Shown in pieces: positions 47,116-55,810 of a DNA stretch of 60,836 nucleotides; within the stretch, counting starts at the first letter, position 1; each line of letters starts with the position of its first letter. The stretch spans positions 1-60,836 of the forward strand of contig DAOUHO010000041.1 in assembly GCA_034428595.1 (NCBI GenBank), given 5' to 3'. Under the pieces are notes generated by a model. The model was not told the DNA's origin and did no database searches. It saw only the letters and a program-made list of their open reading frames with translations. Made by a program: the position numbers and the translations under genes. Source of the DNA: Chloroflexota bacterium (lineage in GTDB: Bacteria > Chloroflexota > UBA11872).

Positions 47116-47922
47116 ATGGGTCGGTGGAGGAAACTGGCGGTCGCCGCAGCGGGCGCCGCCATCGTTTCGGTGGTGGCCGCGAGCCTCGCGCTGGCGCACG
47201 GGGGCGGCGGCTGGGGTGGCTCCCGGGTCTCGCCGGTCGAGATTCTGAGCAGCCTGACGGGCGTGGCCGAGGAGGACATCCGCAGCGCGCGGCAGAGCGG
47301 GGATTCGCTGGCCGACATCGCCGAGGCCAACGACGTCTCGACGGACGACTACGTCGCGGCGGTGGTGGAAGCGGCCGAGACGGCGATCGATGGCGCCGTC
47401 GCCGACGGCAAGCTCTCGGAAGATCGCGCCGCGGAGATCAAGGGCGGTCTGACCGACAAGGTGACGGCCATGGTCACCAGCGAGGCCGGCTGGCACGGGC
47501 GGAGCCGCGGCTGGGCCGTCAAGCTCGACAACAAGCCATCGCCGGTCGTCGTGCTCAGCGAGCTGTCCGGCCTTTCGGTCGAGGAGATTCGCGAGAGCCG
47601 GGTCGAGGGCACGTCGCTGGCCGATATCGCCGAGGCCAACAGCGTGACCAAGGACGACTACGTCGACGAGCTGGTGACACGAGCGACGGCGGCCATTGAC
47701 GCGGCGGTCGAGGCCGGACGCCTGAGCGACGAGCGCGCCCAGACCATGAAGGACGGGCTGGCGGATCGCGTGGAATCCATCGTGACCAACGCCGACGAGC
47801 CGGGGCGCGGTCACGGGTGGGGCCGCGGCTTCGGCCACGGCGGACGCGGCGGCAAGCACGGCGGCTGCCACTCCTCCAAATTGACACCGGCGGACGCCAG
47901 TGCGAGCCGGCTGGCTCTGTAG
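47116..47922 (+). CDS. secreted protein with two ~100-aa tandem repeats and a Gly/His/Arg-rich tail
   Basis: ATG at 47116, 6 nt after AAGGAGG. Signal peptide MGRWRKLAVAAAGAAIVSVVAASLALA. Repeat 1 begins PVEILSSLTGVAEEDIRSARQSGDSLADIAEANDVSTDDYV...; repeat 2 begins PVVVLSELSGLSVEEIRESRVEGTSLADIAEANSVTKDDYV... Confidence 0.6.
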   Translation: MGRWRKLAVAAAGAAIVSVVAASLALAHGGGGWGGSRVSPVEILSSLTGVAEEDIRSARQSGDSLADIAEANDVSTDDYVAAVVEAAETAIDGAVADGKLSEDRAAEIKGGLTDKVTAMVTSEAGWHGRSRGWAVKLDNKPSPVVVLSELSGLSVEEIRESRVEGTSLADIAEANSVTKDDYVDELVTRATAAIDAAVEAGRLSDERAQTMKDGLADRVESIVTNADEPGRGHGWGRGFGHGGRGGKHGGCHSSKLTPADASASRLAL

Positions 47923-48000
47923 CCTCCCCCAGGCGTACGGTGTGCGGGAGCCGGTCGGCGGGCCGGCTCCCGCCGCCGTGACAATTCCGGGAGATAGCCC

Positions 48001-48684
48001 GTGAACCAGCAGCGCGTCCTCGTGGTGGACGACGATCCTGACATTCGCCGCCTGGTGAGCGCCTACCTCCGCCGCGAGGGCATGGAAGTGATCTCGGCCG
48101 AGGACGGCGAGACCGCCCTGATGCACGAGGCCACGCAGCAGCCCGACATCGTGGTGCTGGATTTGATGCTTCCGGGCATCGGCGGACTCGACGTGCTGCG
48201 CACGATCCGGGAGCGCGGACCGCGGCCCGTCGTGCTGCTGACGGCGCGGGATGAGGTCACCGATCGCGTCCTAGGCCTCGAGTTGGGCGCCGACGACTAC
48301 GTGACCAAGCCGTTTCATCCGCGCGAGCTGGTGGCCCGGGTCCATTCGATCCTGCGGCGGGCACAGGCGGAGCCAGCGGCCGCCGCCACGCGCGTCGGAT
48401 CGCTGGAAATCGATGGCGATCGCCGCCAGGTGTGGCGTGACGGGGAGTTGCTCTCCCTCACGCGTACGGAATTCGACCTGCTGGCGACGCTCGCGCGCGC
48501 CAACGGCCGGGTGCTGTCGCGCGCGGACCTGCTGGACGCGGTGGCGGGACCGGACAGCATCACGATGGAGCGCTCGATCGATAGCCACATTCGCAACCTG
48601 CGACGCAAGGTGGAGCCTGATCCGGGCGAGCCGCGCTATGTCGTGACCGTCACCGGCGTCGGATACCGATTGGGAGACGCCTAG
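48001..48684 (+). CDS. OmpR/PhoB-family response regulator
   Basis: Receiver domain (VLVVDDDPDIRRL, DIVVLDLMLPG) plus a winged-helix domain (LTRTEFDLLATLA...TVTGVGYRL). Confidence 0.9.
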   Translation: MNQQRVLVVDDDPDIRRLVSAYLRREGMEVISAEDGETALMHEATQQPDIVVLDLMLPGIGGLDVLRTIRERGPRPVVLLTARDEVTDRVLGLELGADDYVTKPFHPRELVARVHSILRRAQAEPAAAATRVGSLEIDGDRRQVWRDGELLSLTRTEFDLLATLARANGRVLSRADLLDAVAGPDSITMERSIDSHIRNLRRKVEPDPGEPRYVVTVTGVGYRLGDA

Positions 48685-48686
48685 GC

Positions 48687-50063
48687 ATGCGCCTCTCGCT
48701 GCGGCTGGTGCTGGCATTCGTCGCCGTGGCGGCGGTGGCCGTGGGCACGGCCGCGCTGGTGGTTGGGCTGACGACGACAAGTCGATTCGAACGGTTCGCC
48801 AGGGACGTGCGCCACCACGAAGCCGAACATACGGCGGACCGGATCGCGGCGGCATACGAGCGTACGGGCGATCTCCGGAAGGCGGCGCACGAGGTATTTC
48901 CCCGCGGCCAGCCGCGCGGGTTGCTGCTGGCCGTGGTGGACGTGGACGGCAACCTGGTGTGGGGGTCGGGCGGCATTCGATCACGCATGGCCATCGCCGC
49001 CTGGCCGGCCACGCCTCTCGTCGCGGAGGGCGAGGAGGTTGGACAGTTGCACATGCCGCAAGCGCTGGGGCCGGCCGGGCCGTTGCCGATCGGGTCCGAC
49101 GCTCGCGCCGTGCTGGAACGAGCCTTCATCAACGACACGGTGCGCTCGCTGCTCATCGGCCTGGTCATTGCCGTGGGCGTGGCGCTGGTGGTTGGCGTCG
49201 TCATCGCCGCCGGCATCACCCGGCCGCTGCGGCGGCTGACCGCGGCGGCGCGCGGCGTGGCGGCGGGCGACTTGCGCTCGCGCAGCGGGCTCGCAGGCCG
49301 CGACGAGCTGGCCACCGTGGGCGCGGCCTTCGACGACATGGCGTCCGGCTTGCAGGCCCAGGAGGCCGCCCGCCGCAACCTGTTCGCCGATATCGCCCAC
49401 GAGTTGCGCACGCCCGTGACGGTGATCGAAGGCAACCTCCAGGCCATGCTCGATGGCGTCTACGACCGCTCCGACGAGACGCTGCGGTCGACGCTGGATC
49501 GCGCCGAGGGACTGCACCGGCTGGTGGAGGACATTCGCGACCTCTCCCTGGCGGACGTGGGCAAGCTGGACCTCTCGATCGAGCAGGTTGCCCTGGATCG
49601 CGTGCTGCACGACGCGGCCTCAGCGATGCGGAGCCAGGCGCAGGCCAAGGGCGTTTCACTCGATCCGGAGCCTTCGCCCGGCACGGCGCTGGCCGACGAG
49701 GCGCGGCTGCGGCAGGTCCTGGCCAATCTGCTGGACAACGCGGTGCGCCACACGCCGTCGGGCGGGTCGATCGCCATCCGCTCGGGCACCCAAGACGACG
49801 GGACGTGCTGGATGGAGGTGACGGACACGGGCGAGGGCATCCCCGACGACGACCTGCCGCATATCTTCGACCGCTTCTACCGCGGCACCGACGCCTCGGG
49901 CCGCAAGACCCGTGGCAGCGGCTTGGGACTGGCGATTGCGCGGGCTCTCGTCGAGGCCATGGACGGCAGTCTGACCGCGACGAGCACGCCGGGCGACGGT
50001 TCGACGTTTCGGATCGAGTTGCCGGCAGCCACCAACACCGGGCAGGAATCCCCCTCAACCTGA
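48687..50063 (+). CDS. sensor histidine kinase (TM-periplasmic-TM-HAMP-HisKA-HATPase_c)
   Basis: H-box FADIAHELRTPVT, N-box LLDNAVRHTP, G1 DTGEGIP and G2 GSGLGLAI. Confidence 0.9.
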   Translation: MRLSLRLVLAFVAVAAVAVGTAALVVGLTTTSRFERFARDVRHHEAEHTADRIAAAYERTGDLRKAAHEVFPRGQPRGLLLAVVDVDGNLVWGSGGIRSRMAIAAWPATPLVAEGEEVGQLHMPQALGPAGPLPIGSDARAVLERAFINDTVRSLLIGLVIAVGVALVVGVVIAAGITRPLRRLTAAARGVAAGDLRSRSGLAGRDELATVGAAFDDMASGLQAQEAARRNLFADIAHELRTPVTVIEGNLQAMLDGVYDRSDETLRSTLDRAEGLHRLVEDIRDLSLADVGKLDLSIEQVALDRVLHDAASAMRSQAQAKGVSLDPEPSPGTALADEARLRQVLANLLDNAVRHTPSGGSIAIRSGTQDDGTCWMEVTDTGEGIPDDDLPHIFDRFYRGTDASGRKTRGSGLGLAIARALVEAMDGSLTATSTPGDGSTFRIELPAATNTGQESPST

Positions 50064-50094
50064 CCTTCTCCCACCAGGGGAGAAGGAACCGGAC
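50050..50094 (+). repeat. REP-like element, family A, overlapping the kinase stop codon
   Basis: ccccctcaacctgaccttctcccaccaggggagaaggaaccggac. The TGA at 50061-50063 lies inside the element. Confidence 0.8.
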
Positions 50095-50156
50095 GCCCGC
50101 CACGCGTCGTCCCGGCTGCCCTAGAATGAACTCCCCTCGAACCGCCGCAGGCACCC

Positions 50157-52805
50157 GTGACCGTCGAGTTTTCGCCCGCCGAAATCGATCCCAAGTGGCG
50201 CGCGCGCTGGGCCGAGCAGGACCTCTACCGCACGCCCGAGCCCTCCGACCGCCCCACGTTCTACTGCCTGGACTTCTTCCCCTATCCCTCAGGGGACGGC
50301 ATCAGCGTGGGTCACCTGCGCAACTACGTGCCCACGGACGTGCTCTCGCGCGTGATGCGCATGCGGGGCTACGACGTGCTGCATCCCATGGGCTGGGACG
50401 CCTTCGGGCTGCCCACCGAGAACGCCGCCATTGAGACCGGGCGCCACCCGGCCGACCTGACCCGCGAGTGGAGCGCCAACTACAAGCGGCAGCTCGACCT
50501 GGCCGGCGGATCCTACGACTGGGCGCGGGAGATCAACTCCACCCATCCCGAGTACTACCGCTGGACCCAGTGGATGTTCCTCAAGCTCTACGAGCGTGGG
50601 CTGGCCTATCGCGCCACCGGGTTGCAGTGGTGGTGCCCGATCTGCGGCGCGCTGGCCAATGAAGAGGTCAACGCCGACGGCACCGACTGGCGCGATCACG
50701 CCGACATCACGCAGCGCGAGCTGACGCAGTGGTTCTTCAAGATCACCGACTACGCCGATCAGCTGATTGAGGACCTGGAAGGCCTGGATTGGCCCGAGGA
50801 AACCCGCGGCGCGCAGGTGAACTGGATCGGCCGCAGCGAGGGCGCCGACGTGGTCTTCACCACCGACGCCGGCGACGAGATGCCGGTCTTCACCACGCGG
50901 CCGGACACGCTGTTCGGGGCCACCTTCATGGTGCTGGCGCCGGAGCACCCGCTGGTCGGCCGCGTCACCACGCCGGAGCACGCCGACGAGGTAAGGGCCT
51001 ACGTGGCCGCCGCGGCGCGCAAGGCCGAGCTGGAACGCTTGGCGCTCGACGACAAGACCGGCGTGTTCACCGGCGGCTACGCCGTCAACCCCGTCAACGG
51101 CGAGCGCCGGCCCATCTGGATCGCCGACTACGTCCTGATGTCCTACGGCTCGGGCGCCATCATGGCGGTGCCGGCCCACGACCAGCGCGATTTTGACTTC
51201 GCCAGGCGCTACGGCATCGAGATCCGCACCGTCATCGCCCCGCCCGATTGGGCCGGCGAGGCGCTGACCGAGGCATTCCTGGGCGAGGGTCCGATGGTCA
51301 ACTCCGGCCGGTTCGACGGTGTGCCATCCGGCGAGGGCATCCGCGCGGTCACCGAGTGGCTGCGTGACCAGGGCACGGGCGAATTCGCCATCAACTACAA
51401 GCTGCGCGACTGGCTGATCTCGCGCCAGCGCTACTGGGGCACGCCGATTCCCATCGTGCACTGCGACGCCTGCGGCGAAGTGCCCGTGCCAGAAGACGAG
51501 CTGCCGGTGCGGCTGCCGCATCTCGACCAGATCGACCCGCAGCAGCTCGGCGGGCGCTCACCCCTGGATGCCGCCGAGGACTGGGTCAACACCGCGTGTC
51601 CCTCCTGCGGCGGCGCGGCACGGCGTGAAACCGACACCCTGGGCGGCTTCGCCTGCTCAAGCTGGTATTTCCTGCGCTTCTGCAGTCCGGACCAGCACGA
51701 CCAGGCCTTCGATCCCGACGCCATCCGGCGCTGGATGCCGGTGGATCTGTATGTCGGCGGCGGTGAGCACCGGGTGATGCACCTGCTCTACGCTCGCTTC
51801 TGGACCAAGGCCCTGCGCGACGCCGGGGTGCTGGACCTCACCGAGCCGTTCAAGGCCCTGCGCCACCAGGGCCTGATGCTGGCGCAGCCCGGCTGGGTGG
51901 ACGAGGCCGCCCTGCGGATCGACAGCCAGGGCGGCGCGCGCGTGGGCGCGGCCGACGGCGCCGACGCCTATGACCACCCGGAATCGGCCGCGCCCTTCCG
52001 CCGCTACCCCCTGGAGGCCCGGTTCGAGCTCACGGGGGAACGGGCGCAGCGCAACGGGCAGCCGCTGGTCGAGTTCCGCGTCACCAAGATGTCCAAGTCC
52101 TGGCGCAACGTCGTCACGCCGGACGAGGTGGCCGAAACCGCGGGCGGCGACGCGCTGCGCTGCTACATCCTGTTCATGGGGCCGTTCGACCGCACCCTGC
52201 ACTGGAGCGATCTGGGGCGAGTCGGCGTCTCGCGCTGGCTGGGCCGCGTCTGGAACGTGGTGCTCGACCAGCCGGTCGGCGACACCGAGCGCCGGCGCGC
52301 GGCCTACGACGACGTCGAGGTCGAGCTGCGCCGCCGCCTGCACCAGACCATCCGCCGCGTGAGCCAGGACATCGACGCGCTCAAGTTCAACACCATGATC
52401 GCGGCGCTGATGGAGTTCACGAACTTCCTGGTCGAGGTGGGCGACGAGGAGCTCCGCGCCCGTCCCATCTGGACCGAGACAATCGAAAGCTTCCTGGTGC
52501 TGCTGGCGCCCAGCGCGGTGTTCATGGCCGAGGAGCTGTGGGAGCGCACCGGCCACACCGAGAGCATCCACCTGCACCCGTGGCCCGAGTGGGACCCGGA
52601 CCTCGCGGCCGACGAGACCTTCACCCTGGTGGTGCAGGTCAACGGCAAGGTGCGCGACCGCATCGAGGCGCCCGTCACCATCGACGAAGCCAGCGCCCGC
52701 GAGCTGGCCCTGGCCAGCGAACGCGCCCAGTCCCACCTGAACGGCCGCCAGGTGCGCAAGGTCTTCTACCGCGAGGGGCGGCTGATCAACCTGGTGGTCG
52801 GATGA
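50157..52805 (+). CDS. leuS: leucine--tRNA ligase
   Basis: FFPYPSGDGISVGHLRNY (HIGH-type), a CP1 editing domain, and VTKMSKSWRNVV (KMSKS). Confidence 0.95.
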   Translation: MTVEFSPAEIDPKWRARWAEQDLYRTPEPSDRPTFYCLDFFPYPSGDGISVGHLRNYVPTDVLSRVMRMRGYDVLHPMGWDAFGLPTENAAIETGRHPADLTREWSANYKRQLDLAGGSYDWAREINSTHPEYYRWTQWMFLKLYERGLAYRATGLQWWCPICGALANEEVNADGTDWRDHADITQRELTQWFFKITDYADQLIEDLEGLDWPEETRGAQVNWIGRSEGADVVFTTDAGDEMPVFTTRPDTLFGATFMVLAPEHPLVGRVTTPEHADEVRAYVAAAARKAELERLALDDKTGVFTGGYAVNPVNGERRPIWIADYVLMSYGSGAIMAVPAHDQRDFDFARRYGIEIRTVIAPPDWAGEALTEAFLGEGPMVNSGRFDGVPSGEGIRAVTEWLRDQGTGEFAINYKLRDWLISRQRYWGTPIPIVHCDACGEVPVPEDELPVRLPHLDQIDPQQLGGRSPLDAAEDWVNTACPSCGGAARRETDTLGGFACSSWYFLRFCSPDQHDQAFDPDAIRRWMPVDLYVGGGEHRVMHLLYARFWTKALRDAGVLDLTEPFKALRHQGLMLAQPGWVDEAALRIDSQGGARVGAADGADAYDHPESAAPFRRYPLEARFELTGERAQRNGQPLVEFRVTKMSKSWRNVVTPDEVAETAGGDALRCYILFMGPFDRTLHWSDLGRVGVSRWLGRVWNVVLDQPVGDTERRRAAYDDVEVELRRRLHQTIRRVSQDIDALKFNTMIAALMEFTNFLVEVGDEELRARPIWTETIESFLVLLAPSAVFMAEELWERTGHTESIHLHPWPEWDPDLAADETFTLVVQVNGKVRDRIEAPVTIDEASARELALASERAQSHLNGRQVRKVFYREGRLINLVVG

Positions 52806-52849
52806 TTGGCCACGATCCGACGTCTTCGTAGCACCGGCTCAATCCCTGG

Positions 52850-53203
52850 CTATTCGAGCCAGTGCTCGCTCTCGACCGCGTCGCGTGTCGCAAGCAAAGC
52901 GTCCAGAGCCACCACCAGCCGCCCGGCCGTCCGCCGATTGGCTCGTGGATAGGCTCGGTTGCTGGTGTGGATGAGCGCTGGAGCGGCGCGACCGGCCCGC
53001 ATGGCGGCTGCCGCGAGCGGTCGATAGTCCACGACGTTTTCCGTCACGATCACCCAACATTCCGCCTGCGCCGCATCGAAGATTGCCGCATCAGGCATCC
53101 CTCGAAGGTCGCGCCGTTCGGCCACGGCCACAACCTCGTGGCCACGGTCCCGCAGCGCCTCGGCGATCGCGGGCGCCCACATCTCGTCGAGCAGCAGCTT
53201 CAC
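52850..53203 (-). CDS. DUF5615-family PIN-like putative toxin
   Basis: MKLLLDEMWAPAIAEALRDRGHEVVAV...WVIVTENVVDY. Its ATGA overlaps the upstream DUF433 gene. Confidence 0.7.
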   Translation of the reverse strand: MKLLLDEMWAPAIAEALRDRGHEVVAVAERRDLRGMPDAAIFDAAQAECWVIVTENVVDYRPLAAAAMRAGRAAPALIHTSNRAYPRANRRTAGRLVVALDALLATRDAVESEHWLE

Positions 53204-53622
53204 CTGCCGAGCAGCGCTTGCTCCCGTCGCCAGCGGGCCTCGGCTCGTTCAGCTTCTTCCTCGACTCGCCGAATCCAGTCAGCGATTTCTTCGGTGTAGT
53301 CGGCGTAGTAGCGCAGGGCAGTTCCCACCTGATCGGCGGTTAGTCCTGTCCGCTCGCCAATGCGTGCCAGGCTGTCCACATCGCCACCGTCCGCTCCGCG
53401 AAGCGCGCCGACCACCTCCCACACGTCCGGACCGCCAATCAATCCGGGGCGGCGCCCGCCGGGACCCGATCGGAAGACGATCCCGGGATGTTGCTCCATG
53501 CGCAGCCCCTCCTCGAGCAGCTGCTTGGCGACCGCCGATCGTGACTGCCCGCTTCTCCGGCTCTGTGTCTCCAACTGCTCGAACAAGTCATCGCCCACAC
53601 GTACCGAAAGATGCCGGCTCAT
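53200..53622 (-). CDS. RHH (CopG-like) plus DUF433 putative antitoxin
   Basis: N-terminal LSVRVGDDLFEQLETQSRRSGQSRSAVAKQLLEEGL ribbon-helix-helix, then the DUF433-like HPGIVFRSGPGGRRPGLIGGPDVWEVV...LTADQVGTALRYY. Confidence 0.7.
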   Translation of the reverse strand: MSRHLSVRVGDDLFEQLETQSRRSGQSRSAVAKQLLEEGLRMEQHPGIVFRSGPGGRRPGLIGGPDVWEVVGALRGADGGDVDSLARIGERTGLTADQVGTALRYYADYTEEIADWIRRVEEEAERAEARWRREQALLGR

Positions 53623-53649
53623 GGCACTGGTCGACTCGTCTGTAAGCTG

Positions 53650-53666
53650 ATGTCACACAGTGACAT
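53650..53666. promoter_or_regulatory. perfect palindrome ATGTCAC-aca-GTGACAT, candidate operator of the RHH antitoxin
   Basis: It lies 28 nt upstream of the 53622 start codon. The role is inferred. Confidence 0.35.
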
Positions 53667-53769
53667 ACAACTGCGGCGCACGGCGAGCATGAGGCGGAAC
53701 GGCCCTCCGCAGCGATAGGGCTGTCCGCTTGGTTGACCCGGAGCGCCGGTTGCTGTCCCGACGTCCGCG

Positions 53770-53852
53770 GCGCCCAGGCCCACCTGAACGCACGCCAGGT
53801 GCGCAAGGTCTTCTACCACGAGGGACGGCTGATCAACCTGGTCGTTGGGTAG
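53770..53852 (+). pseudogene. decayed duplicate of the leuS 3' end
   Basis: 83 nt align without gaps to 52723-52805, with about 10 mismatches by my count. In frame it reads ..HLNARQVRKVFYHEGRLINLVVG*, against ..HLNGRQVRKVFYREGRLINLVVG* in leuS. Confidence 0.7.
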
Positions 53853-53935
53853 GCCGGCAGCGGCCTGAGCCGGGCGCTGATACCGTAGGCATCCCTCCAC
53901 GTTGGTCGCTTGTGATGAGCGGGAAGGCCTGATCG

Positions 53936-55402
53936 ATGAAGACTAGGCTCGTGCTGGTGGTGGCCCTGGTCGGTCTGGTGTTCTCGTTTCAGCCGGCCGT
54001 CGCCCAGGACTGCGGTTTTCAACTGGGGTTCAAGGCGCTGCGCGATCTGATTCCGGACGTGGTGGGCGACTGTGTGGAGAACGAGCAACACAACCCGGAC
54101 ACGGGCATGACGCGGCAATCCACGACCAACGGCCAGCTGATCTGGCGCAAGGCCGACAACTGGACCGGGTTTACCGACGGCGAGCGGACCTGGATCAACG
54201 GTCCGGAGGGATTGCAGCAGCGGCTGAACAGCGAGCGCTTTGCTTGGGAAGCCCCAGCCGCACCCGCGGTTGCGCAGCGCCTGACGCTGGCACAGCTGCG
54301 GAACGCCGAATACCACCTGCCGCTCCTCGGTGACGAGGACATGCCGGTTCAGTTCACCGACGGCGAGGGCCAGGTCGCCTTTGGCGAGGGTGCGACGGAA
54401 CGAGTCTCCGCGGGTCTCGTCGACGACACGGTCGCGTTCGGCGATCTGGACAGCGACGGATTCGCCGATGCGGTAGCCGTGGTGTTCATATCCGGGGGCG
54501 GCAGCGGCACGTTCATCCATTTGGTCGCCGTGCTCGACCGCGACGGCGAGCCGGAGTCGGCGGCGTGGGTGCTCCTGGGCGACCGGGTGCCGGTGCTGAG
54601 CCTGTCCATCACCAGCGGCCAGATCGTCGCGCGTACGGTCACTCACCGCAGCGGCGACGGGCTGTGCTGCCCGACGCTCAACATCACCCGCGATTTCGCC
54701 CTGCGCGAGGGCGAGCTGGTCGAGCGCCAGGCGCTGGTGATTGAGTCGCCGCTGCCGGGCGAGACGGTAGCCAGCGGGGTTGAGGTTCGGGGTACGACGA
54801 CCATGTATCCGTCGGGCGATGACCTCCGCTACCTGGTCTACGACGCTCGCGGCGGAGTGATCGGCATGGGCACGCTCCCGGTTGACGGGTTTACGGGCTC
54901 TCCGGGGACGTTCGCCGCGCCGGTTGAGTTCATCGCGGGCGCGAGTGGACCGGGTCGCATTGAGATCGTCGACGTGGATCCGAACGACGGTTCGGCGCTG
55001 GCGCGCACGACGGCGCCGGTGGTCCTAGAGGCCACTCCGTCGATATACGGCGCTCCGCCGACGGAGGAGACGGGCCGGCCCGCCCGCGAGCTGGTGCTGG
55101 AGGCGCCGGTGAGCGGGGCGACGGTCGGGGCCGACATCGAGGTGCGTGGGCGCGTCAGCGTGATGCCGTTCGAGAAGAACCTGACCTACCGCATCTACGA
55201 CGCGGCCGGAACGGTCGTCGGCCAGAGCTACATCACGGTGGAAGGCGATTTCGACGGGCCGGGCACGTTTGCGAGGTCGATCACCGTGACGGGCACTTCC
55301 GCGCCTGGGCGCCTGCGCATCGAGGTGAGAGACGTCAGCGAGGCAGACGGGGCGTTGTTTGTGAGCACCTGGGTGGAGGTGTGGTTTTCGGGCGAGCCGT
55401 GA
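53936..55402 (+). CDS. secreted protein with two C-terminal Gmad2-type immunoglobulin-like domains
   Basis: Signal peptide MKTRLVLVVALVGLVFSFQPAVA. Two repeats of the pattern (L)xIESP/LEAPVSG.TV...EVRG....FE..L.Y.(V/I)YDA.G.V(I/V)G.G...V.G.....G.F...(V/I). Confidence 0.65.
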   Translation: MKTRLVLVVALVGLVFSFQPAVAQDCGFQLGFKALRDLIPDVVGDCVENEQHNPDTGMTRQSTTNGQLIWRKADNWTGFTDGERTWINGPEGLQQRLNSERFAWEAPAAPAVAQRLTLAQLRNAEYHLPLLGDEDMPVQFTDGEGQVAFGEGATERVSAGLVDDTVAFGDLDSDGFADAVAVVFISGGGSGTFIHLVAVLDRDGEPESAAWVLLGDRVPVLSLSITSGQIVARTVTHRSGDGLCCPTLNITRDFALREGELVERQALVIESPLPGETVASGVEVRGTTTMYPSGDDLRYLVYDARGGVIGMGTLPVDGFTGSPGTFAAPVEFIAGASGPGRIEIVDVDPNDGSALARTTAPVVLEATPSIYGAPPTEETGRPARELVLEAPVSGATVGADIEVRGRVSVMPFEKNLTYRIYDAAGTVVGQSYITVEGDFDGPGTFARSITVTGTSAPGRLRIEVRDVSEADGALFVSTWVEVWFSGEP

Positions 55403-55408
55403 GTCGAT

Positions 55409-55433
55409 GGGCGCCCACTAGGGGCGCCCCTAC
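55409..55433 (-). repeat. REP-like hairpin, family C
   Basis: gggcgcccactaggggcgcccctac. Confidence 0.7.
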
Positions 55434-55505
55434 GCGGAACGCTTCGGCCGGTACCCGAGGAGGTGGTCCCACGCTGCACGCAGCGCGGGCCACCGGATCG
55501 GTGGG

Positions 55506-55778
55506 CTAGCCTCCGGCGACTGAGGGGACGATGGAGACCTCGCCGACGCCGTCGAGGGCGGTGTCGAAGCCGTCCTTGAAGCGGATGTCGTCGCCGTCCA
55601 CGTAGATGTTGACGAAGCGCCGCAGCTCGCCGTCGGCGTCGAGCAGGCGCTCGGCCATGCCCGGATAGTCGGCTTCCAGCTGCTGGACCAGCGCGCCGAC
55701 GGTGTCGGCCTCGACGTCCACCCGGCTCTCGCCGCCGGTGAGGCTGCGAAGCGGTGTGGGGATGCGAACGGTTGGCAT
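55506..55778 (-). CDS. MoaD/ThiS-family ubiquitin-like sulfur-carrier protein (C-terminal GG)
   Basis: 90 aa ending ..VSIVPSVAGG*. It has a beta-grasp-like pattern and lies 32 nt downstream of the ThrC-like gene. Confidence 0.8.
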   Translation of the reverse strand: MPTVRIPTPLRSLTGGESRVDVEADTVGALVQQLEADYPGMAERLLDADGELRRFVNIYVDGDDIRFKDGFDTALDGVGEVSIVPSVAGG

Positions 55779-55810
55779 GCGATGCGGCTCCTTCTGTGCG
55801 CCCCGGCGAC

